NCBI GenBank assembly: GCA_964229335.1
Contig: CAXRCZ010000004.1
Span: forward strand, 128,001-192,000
Length of the DNA: 64,000 nt
DNA from: Minisyncoccia bacterium
GTDB taxonomy: Bacteria > Patescibacteriota > Minisyncoccia > Phycocordibacterales > UBA918
Direction of reading: 5' to 3'
Every line of letters starts with the position of its first letter. Positions within the stretch are counted from its first letter, which is position 1. The translations under genes were made by a program, and so were the position numbers. The notes under the pieces are model-generated. The model saw nothing but the letters and a program-made list of their open reading frames with translations. It searched no databases and was not told the origin of the DNA. Shown piece by piece: positions 57,979-64,000 of this stretch.

Positions 57979-58496
57979 TGGGCACTACAAGACTTACACT
58001 TTGTTTTATTCAAGAGCCTGAGCGCATTTTGCTGGCTATGAAAAAACGTGGGTTCGGTGCGGGCCGGTACAACGGATATGGAGGCAAAATTAAGAATAGT
58101 GAGTCTATTGAAGAATCAGCAAAGCGAGAAATTTTAGAAGAATCCGGTATCAAAGCCGAGGTTTTAAAAAAACAGGCCATTCTCATTTTTACTAGTACAG
58201 AGCGACCCGATGAAATTCTCGAGACACATGTCTATAGAATAGTTCAGTACACCGGAGAACCAGTTGAGACTGAAGAAATGAAGCCAGACTGGTTTACGAC
58301 CACAGACATACCGTATTCCAGTATGTGGCCAGATGATGAGTATTGGCTACCCCTTTTTCTCGATGAAAAACACTTCATCGGACATTTTCACTTCGGTAAA
58401 GATGATCAAGTAATTGAGAAAAATGTAGAAGAAATGTCAGCTGATGAATTTTTACATCGAGTAGGGGAGTACGCCAGCAAAAGAATCGATTACTGA
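57978..58496 (+). CDS. NUDIX hydrolase (8-oxo-dGTPase, MTH1-like)
   Basis: KKRGFG, GGK...AKREILEESG, EEM.P.W, MWPDD..W. Confidence 0.9.
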   Translation: MGTTRLTLCFIQEPERILLAMKKRGFGAGRYNGYGGKIKNSESIEESAKREILEESGIKAEVLKKQAILIFTSTERPDEILETHVYRIVQYTGEPVETEEMKPDWFTTTDIPYSSMWPDDEYWLPLFLDEKHFIGHFHFGKDDQVIEKNVEEMSADEFLHRVGEYASKRIDY

Positions 58497-58651
58497 TATA
58501 AACTGCACGAAAGGTAGGTTGGTGACGGACGATAGAAGGAGTGGTGGGGTGGAGTAGTAACGCTAATAGTTTTTATAGAAAGTAACTTGTGTCTAACCAC
58601 TATTTCTTATTCGTAATTGCTGGAGGGGACTGTATATATAAATATTTCCTA

Positions 58652-58679
58652 ATGTCGCACAATATATCTTTTGCGACAT
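58652..58679. other. Candidate dif (Xer recombination) site
   Basis: 11-6-11 layout ATGTCGCACAA-TATATC-TTTTGCGACAT in a gene-free gap where transcription converges. Confidence 0.6.
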
Positions 58680-59009
58680 ATAATAAAAAGCCACTGTATA
58701 CATACTATATCGTAACCAATAACTTAATCATAAAGAATACAAGAGCTTAGTGTCTTAAGTGATGCGACTACTGATACCTAAATTGATAGCTAGACGCCTT
58801 AAAATCGATTCTATGGCTTTGTATATTAATGATGGGAACATGCTTATAGACATCTAAATTATCTTGGAGTAATAAAGTTAAAATATTAAAAATGGTTAGA
58901 AGAATGTGAAATATAAAATATCGAAATTTAAATTAGTATTGAAGTGCAAAATCACTTCTCTATTAATTAGTCCTCCACACTCACCTAGCCAGTCTTATAA
59001 TTGGTAAAA

Positions 59010-59048
59010 AATTAATTATATATTTAATTATATAATTAAATATATATA
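59010..59048. repeat. All-A/T 3x12-mer element, copy 2
   Basis: 28 bp identical to 33046-33073; 30-bp perfect palindrome at 59017-59046. Confidence 0.75.
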
Positions 59049-59130
59049 TTCCACTCAGACTTCTCTTCCCTCACTAGCCCGCTCACAATTTACAATTTTG
59101 AAACATATATAGAATTTGTCAAATAGCCCA

Positions 59131-59156
59131 GAAGCCCGCTCTTTTGAGCGGGCTTC
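59131..59156. terminator. GC-rich hairpin, possible terminator of the ftsW-murG-gltX-M23 operon
   Basis: GAAGCCCGCTC-TTTT-GAGCGGGCTTC; no clear T tract. Confidence 0.5.
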
Positions 59157-59260
59157 CATTCGGGTAAGTTCCTACGATGCACAGCATCGCACTTACATAA
59201 TAGCTTGTTTTTTATAGGGTATCCACTGCTTATCCCCGGCTTTTCCCCAGTCAGTCAGCT

Positions 59261-60568
59261 CTAATATGCAGGAAGGTACAACATTGGGTCGATATAAGCT
59301 TCAGTGGCGGCTACTGGGGTCGTGGCAGCGCCACAGCTAGTGACAGTTTTGATTTGATTGAATTGACGAACTGACACACCCTCTTTAGCGTACACAGTAA
59401 AGTGTAAGTGAGGTCCAGTAGAAAATCCAGTGTTACCAACATAACCAATAATCTCACCAGTGCTCACCTTTTGTCCGGGAGATACACCAATAACGTCTTG
59501 GTGAGCATATAGTGTAGTAAGTCCGTTGGCATGATCAATCAGTGTCCACTTACCCCATGAATAGCAGCCTGGCACAGCGTCTGTATTACCAGTTGCTCTT
59601 ACCGTACCTGAAAGCGGAGCGTAGATTGGTGTGCCACGAGGGGCTCCAAAGTCCACACCAGGGTGATGGGCTCGACCGCCGTAGGCAGCTGCGTTGCGAG
59701 CCGCAAATTCTGTACCCCCAAAGTATTGAGTAATGATGATACTTTTTAGCGGCCATGCAAACACCGCTGTACCAGCTGTAGGTACAGTACTAGGGTCAAG
59801 AATAAATTGTAGTTCTGATTCAAACGCTCGAAGCTCTTTAAGAATTTGTTCACGAGCAGCTTCTTTTTCAGCAAGAAGTTGCTGGTAAGTACGCTCTTCG
59901 TTTTTGGTAGCATTCAATAGCTCTGTTTGTTCTGCTCGGTTGTTAAGTAAAACCTCGTTTTGTTCACTGTACTGATCGCGTAGACTACTCAACTCCCCTC
60001 TTTTCTCAACGTTAGTATTTTGTTTCTCCTCCATTAGTGTCTTATAAGAGTCTAGTTCTAATACTTTTTGGGCTAGGTTACCGCGGACATTTTCGTGGGC
60101 ATCATACGTACTCCAAAAGGCAGATAAATTATCTTCACTAAGTAGCAGTTCAATGAGAGAGTTGTCGCTTATTTTGTATTCAGCTCGAATAATCGCTGCA
60201 ATGGCTGATTCAACAGTGTCAATATCCTCTTCAGTGGCGTCTATCTCGAGCAAAAGTTTACTGATTTGGAGGTCGGTGGAGGCAATTAAGTTTTCTGTTC
60301 TAGATATTTCAGCAGTAATCTTTTTTCTTTCGGTCTCCAACCTATTAATGGCTGCTTGTAGTGTTTGCTTTTCAGCGCCAACTTCCTGTAGCTGTGCTTC
60401 ATACTGGGCTATCTCAGCTTGAATTTGATCTAGCCGAGAATTACGATCTTCAATTTGGTTTTGAAGCTTTTCGATTTCTGATTGTGCGCCGACTGGAGTA
60501 GGTAGCAGAAAAACACTCTGCGGTACCAGAAGTCCGATAATAAAGGCTACGAACAATCGCTTCTTCAT
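59261..60568 (-). CDS. Coiled-coil M23 peptidase (EnvC/CwlO-like architecture)
   Basis: Signal, long coiled coil, HPGVDF, YAH, STGPHLHF. Confidence 0.9.
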   Translation of the reverse strand: MKKRLFVAFIIGLLVPQSVFLLPTPVGAQSEIEKLQNQIEDRNSRLDQIQAEIAQYEAQLQEVGAEKQTLQAAINRLETERKKITAEISRTENLIASTDLQISKLLLEIDATEEDIDTVESAIAAIIRAEYKISDNSLIELLLSEDNLSAFWSTYDAHENVRGNLAQKVLELDSYKTLMEEKQNTNVEKRGELSSLRDQYSEQNEVLLNNRAEQTELLNATKNEERTYQQLLAEKEAAREQILKELRAFESELQFILDPSTVPTAGTAVFAWPLKSIIITQYFGGTEFAARNAAAYGGRAHHPGVDFGAPRGTPIYAPLSGTVRATGNTDAVPGCYSWGKWTLIDHANGLTTLYAHQDVIGVSPGQKVSTGEIIGYVGNTGFSTGPHLHFTVYAKEGVSVRQFNQIKTVTSCGAATTPVAATEAYIDPMLYLPAY

Positions 60569-62022
60569 TACGCATCTATTTTAGCACAAGCTTTTTCAAT
60601 GCGTCCAAGGGTTTCTTCCCGCCCTAATATATAAGCTAAGGTAAAGGGATCGATTGATTTTTCTCTTCCACTGAGCGCTGTTCTCATTGGCCAGAGCACT
60701 TCTCCCCTACCCAACTCTTCTGTTAAGGGCCAAACAGTATTTTTGATTGATTCAGGAGTTGTGAAGTCTGACGTGGTAAGTAATTCTACTAGTGCGTTGA
60801 ATCTGTCTTTATACTGATCAAAAGATGAGTCATTTTTCCAAAGCAATAAAGAAGCTTCATAGCTAGGCATAGTAAATATGTAGTCGTACTCCCCTGCCTC
60901 AATCGCTGTAACGATATCTTTTTTATGATTTGCTCTTTCGAGGAGACTCGGGCAAAGTCGTTCGATTTTGTCAGAGTCGTCCATAGTGTTCGCAAGCTTG
61001 GTGTCTTTAAGTGCTTGGCTTACATACTCTTTTTTTTCTTGTGAAGACAGCTTAAGTAAGTGCTGTTTGTTAATCCAATCCAATTTTTCTTCATTGAAGC
61101 CACCACCTGATTTTTGGATTTTTTCAATTGAGAACTGCTCCACTAGTTCTGTTGGTGTAAATATTTCCTTATCAGTACCCGGGTTCCAGCCAATTAAAGC
61201 AAGAAAATTAATCATTGCCTCTGGTAAGTACCCTTCTTTTTTGTAGTCCAAAATGTCCTTTGCACCATCTCGCTTACTCAATTTTTTCTTGCCGTCAGGT
61301 GCCATGATTGGTGGCAGGGTGACAAATACCGGCGGTTGAATATCGAGTGCTTCATAGAGGCTGAGATATTTTGGGGTGCTAGAAATAAATTCTTCTCCGC
61401 GCATTACGTGGGTGACTCCCATCTCAAGGTCGTCAATAATGTGAGCAAAATTGTAGGTTGGATACCCGTCAGCCTTAAGAATAATAAAGTCATCTAGCAT
61501 TTCTTCCCCCGCTGTTAATTCACCTCGAACAGCGTCTTGCCAGGTATAACGTTTAATTTCTGGCACTTTAAAACGTAACGGCTGAGTACCGTCCCACTCA
61601 CTGGTTTTTTGAGGCCTATGGTTTCGGTAAAGAAAAGGTTTGTTTTTGCCTACAGCTTCTCCTCTAAACTTTTCTACCTCGCTCTCTCTGTAGGGGTCTG
61701 GATACGCATAGCCATTTTTAAGTAATTCCAAAGCATACCCCTTGTAAATTTCTAGCCGCTCAGATTGGATACAGCTTCCAAAAGAGCTCTCTTTGTCAGG
61801 ACCATAATCCCACTCTAGCCCAAGCCACTGCAGTGACTCCATGGTGTGGGAAATAGCCTGTTCGACTTCTCGCTTTTTGTCAGTATCTTCAATTCGTAGA
61901 ATAAAATCACCTTGGTTTTTTCTAGCCCAAAGCCAAGCATACAAAGCTGTTCTTACACCTCCAACGTGCTGAAATCCAGTTGGTGATGGAGCGTATCTTG
62001 TAACTACAGTTTTTTTATTCAT
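60568..62022 (-). CDS. gltX: Glutamate--tRNA ligase
   Basis: RYAPSPTG, HVGG, LRIEDTD, KLSKR. Confidence 0.96.
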   Translation of the reverse strand: MNKKTVVTRYAPSPTGFQHVGGVRTALYAWLWARKNQGDFILRIEDTDKKREVEQAISHTMESLQWLGLEWDYGPDKESSFGSCIQSERLEIYKGYALELLKNGYAYPDPYRESEVEKFRGEAVGKNKPFLYRNHRPQKTSEWDGTQPLRFKVPEIKRYTWQDAVRGELTAGEEMLDDFIILKADGYPTYNFAHIIDDLEMGVTHVMRGEEFISSTPKYLSLYEALDIQPPVFVTLPPIMAPDGKKKLSKRDGAKDILDYKKEGYLPEAMINFLALIGWNPGTDKEIFTPTELVEQFSIEKIQKSGGGFNEEKLDWINKQHLLKLSSQEKKEYVSQALKDTKLANTMDDSDKIERLCPSLLERANHKKDIVTAIEAGEYDYIFTMPSYEASLLLWKNDSSFDQYKDRFNALVELLTTSDFTTPESIKNTVWPLTEELGRGEVLWPMRTALSGREKSIDPFTLAYILGREETLGRIEKACAKIDA

Positions 62023-63127
62023 GTTCTCTGGTAATACTGATTAATGCAGTAGCTATCTTATTGGCAGCACCTGGTAAAGCTTGAGCTTTTGCGGCAGTTG
62101 CCATACGGTTATAGCGCTCTGAATCATCGATGATAGAGCGTATTTCTTGACTTAGCAAGTGTGAGGTAAGATTTTTCTCTTCGATTACACTCCCTGCTCC
62201 GGAACTAGCATAGGTGTACGCATTTGTTCGTTGGTCATGACTGATAGCTTCTGGAATAGGAATGATAATTGCCGGTTTGCCGTGCTCGGCTATTTCAAAT
62301 AAGGTGGTGCTACCTGCTCTTGTTACCACTACGGAAGCAGCCTGCAGTAAAAGTGACACAGTCTCGGCAGGAAGAGTACCTTCTAGGTAATAACGTTTTT
62401 TCTGCTCTTCAGTTTCTAATATATTTTGAGCCACTTCCAAAACTGCAGATTTTACTCTGTTACCACACTGATGAAACACTTGGTAGTCCTCTAATATTTC
62501 CGGCAAAGCTTCTAGCACGCTACTGTTGAGTCTCTCAGCTCCTAGTGAACCACCGGTAACATACACAAGAGGTAAGTTTGGATTAATGCCTAGTGCTGAA
62601 ACTGGATCTGGATTTTTTTCTAGTAACTTTGATCTGATAGGAATACCTACCAAAGCAGTCTTTTCTTTTGGAAAGTAAGTTGCTACATCGTCGTAAGCAA
62701 TTCCAATATAACGAGCAAAACTAGCCGCTAGTTTGTTTGAGAGTCCTGGTTTTGCGTCTGATTCATGAATAACTACTGGTATACGAAGCAATCTCGCTGC
62801 CTGAAGAACAGGAACACTAGCGTAACCTCCTTTACTGAAGATTACGTCAGGATAAATTATATAAAGTTTCCACAAGGCAACAAAAAAACCAGCTATTGTT
62901 CTAAAAAAATCAAAGAAATTTTGAATTGAAAAGTATCGACGCAGTTTGCCGGCTGGGCAGGATATGAACTTCATTTTATAGGCATCGAGTTCCTTTTGGT
63001 CATAGGGCTCAGGTCCCATATAATAGAATAAAGAATCATTGGTTTGCGATTGAACACTTTCTGCTACCGCTAATAGTGGATAGAAATGACCGCCTGAACC
63101 AGAACCAACAAAGAGAATTTTCATCAT
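62015..63127 (-). CDS. murG: Lipid II GlcNAc transferase
   Basis: GSGSGGHFYP, KGGY, HESD..PG, GGSLGA, RAGS, Q..NA. Confidence 0.95.
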   Translation of the reverse strand: MMKILFVGSGSGGHFYPLLAVAESVQSQTNDSLFYYMGPEPYDQKELDAYKMKFISCPAGKLRRYFSIQNFFDFFRTIAGFFVALWKLYIIYPDVIFSKGGYASVPVLQAARLLRIPVVIHESDAKPGLSNKLAASFARYIGIAYDDVATYFPKEKTALVGIPIRSKLLEKNPDPVSALGINPNLPLVYVTGGSLGAERLNSSVLEALPEILEDYQVFHQCGNRVKSAVLEVAQNILETEEQKKRYYLEGTLPAETVSLLLQAASVVVTRAGSTTLFEIAEHGKPAIIIPIPEAISHDQRTNAYTYASSGAGSVIEEKNLTSHLLSQEIRSIIDDSERYNRMATAAKAQALPGAANKIATALISITREHE

Positions 63128-63138
63128 AATTTAGTGTA

Positions 63139-64000
63139 TCACGAGCGTTTGTAGCGCTTATATCGGGAAACATTAAGGACAATTCCTAAGGTGGCCAGAG
63201 TTGCTAGCAGTGCACTACCGCCATGACTAATAAAAGGCAAAGGTAGACCCGATACTGGTGCAATCCCAATCATGGCAGCCATGTTAAGAAACGCCTGCGC
63301 TACGATTATGGTGATGAATCCGGTGACTAGCAGTGTACCGAAGACGTCTGGCGATTGAGCTGCTGTTTTGTAACCACGCAAGGCAAAGAATACAAATAAA
63401 ACTACTATTCCAGCGGTACCAATAAAGCCAAACTCCTCCGCATACACGGCAAAGATAGAGTCCCCAATAGCTTCTGGGAGATAATCGAATTTTTGAATAC
63501 TTTGGCCAAACCCTCTCCCTGTTATTCCGCCCGAACCAACTGCGATTAAGGATTGTTGAATCTGGTAACCACTGCCGAGTGGATCAGAGCTTGGATCTAA
63601 AAAAGTGGTGAGGCGATCCATTACATATGGTCTCATCATGGCTAGTAAGAGCAAAAGCAACAGCCCACAACCAATAATGACTCCTAAATGCCTCCATTTA
63701 GCTCCTGAAGTAAGAAACATGGCCATCCCAGCAGCTGCCATAATTATAAATGAGTCGGTATCTGGTTGGCTCAGCAGAATCAGGCCCACTATGGCGGTAA
63801 TAACCGCAAATGGTAAAAGCCCATACCTCCAATCATTCACCTTGCCGTGCATACCCGACAACCAGGTTGCTAAGTAAATAACGTAGCCAATCTTTAAAAA
63901 TTCGGCTGGTTGGACTGTGGTAAAGCCAAGGTCAATCCAACGCGTCGCTCCCCCATGTGATAACCCTAGACCAGGGATAAATACAGCTAATGTAGCCAAG
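63139..64000 (-). CDS. ftsW: SEDS peptidoglycan polymerase (5'-truncated by window)
   Basis: GATRW, QPAEFLK, QPD, GYQ..QS, LPE...D.IF, LPFIS.GGS; upstream of murG. Confidence 0.9.
   Translation of the reverse strand, partial: LATLAVFIPGLGLSHGGATRWIDLGFTTVQPAEFLKIGYVIYLATWLSGMHGKVNDWRYGLLPFAVITAIVGLILLSQPDTDSFIIMAAAGMAMFLTSGAKWRHLGVIIGCGLLLLLLLAMMRPYVMDRLTTFLDPSSDPLGSGYQIQQSLIAVGSGGITGRGFGQSIQKFDYLPEAIGDSIFAVYAEEFGFIGTAGIVVLFVFFALRGYKTAAQSPDVFGTLLVTGFITIIVAQAFLNMAAMIGIAPVSGLPLPFISHGGSALLATLATLGIVLNVSRYKRYKRS

Noticed and set aside
58510-58560. G-rich GTGG tract as an MraZ operator or G-quadruplex
   Set aside because: No regular spacing, no mraZ downstream, and too few G3 runs
58630-58710. 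CTGTATATA.. sequences as LexA boxes
   Set aside because: No CAG right half-site and no adjacent gene start
4407-63877. Many 60-145-aa ORFs antisense to or nested in well-supported genes (e.g. 6978-7295, 15888-16235, 32684-33115, 36132-36569)
   Set aside because: Shadow frames with no recognisable motifs
1-64000. CRISPR array or cas genes
   Set aside because: No run of equal-length repeats with unique spacers, and no Cas-like ORF recognised
1-64000. Alternative genetic code (TGA recoded)
   Set aside because: Conserved genes are full length under code 11, and TGA acts as a stop (e.g. 2829, 35221, 58496)

Overview
This is a 64-kb chromosomal window from a small-genome bacterium. The gene content, near-absence of Shine-Dalgarno sites, pervasive leaderless promoters and presence of rplI suggest Patescibacteria/CPR, probably Parcubacteria (inference). 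Positions ~1.5-30.7 kb form an accessory island ending at the 3' end of a tRNA-Glu(CTC). It contains a phage-like mobility module (ParB-DNA methyltransferase, HTH/terminase-small-like protein, large serine recombinase) and about 25 copper/zinc/redox genes: ZIP, CDF, two P1B-ATPases, a multicopper oxidase, DUF305 x3, DUF411 x2, DsbA, a cupredoxin, and an RnfD-FNR/FMN-binding/ApbE flavinylation module. No recognisable metal-sensing transcription factor is present. The main finding is four paralogous ~130-aa ORFs, each heading a metal operon. They share the layout TM - Cys/Met/His loop - TM - ~41-46 aa - C-terminal G(I/L)(I/L)H(P/S)K, and each is followed by an RNA hairpin at the stop codon. Two hairpins look like terminators and two appear to occlude the next start codon. 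They are candidate metal-sensing ribosome-arrest leader peptides. Other signals are a 94-bp ungapped att/res-like repeat, a switchable structured RNA leader at 9.0-9.17 kb, a symmetric dif-like site where gene orientation converges (58.65 kb), and a duplicated all-A/T 3x12-mer element. Positions 31-64 kb are mostly housekeeping genes (Pif1 helicase, msrB, truB, rmuC, rplU, recR, dnaB, cysS, rplI, rpmA, pgi, gltX, murG, ftsW). All calls come from reading motifs by eye; no database searches were run.
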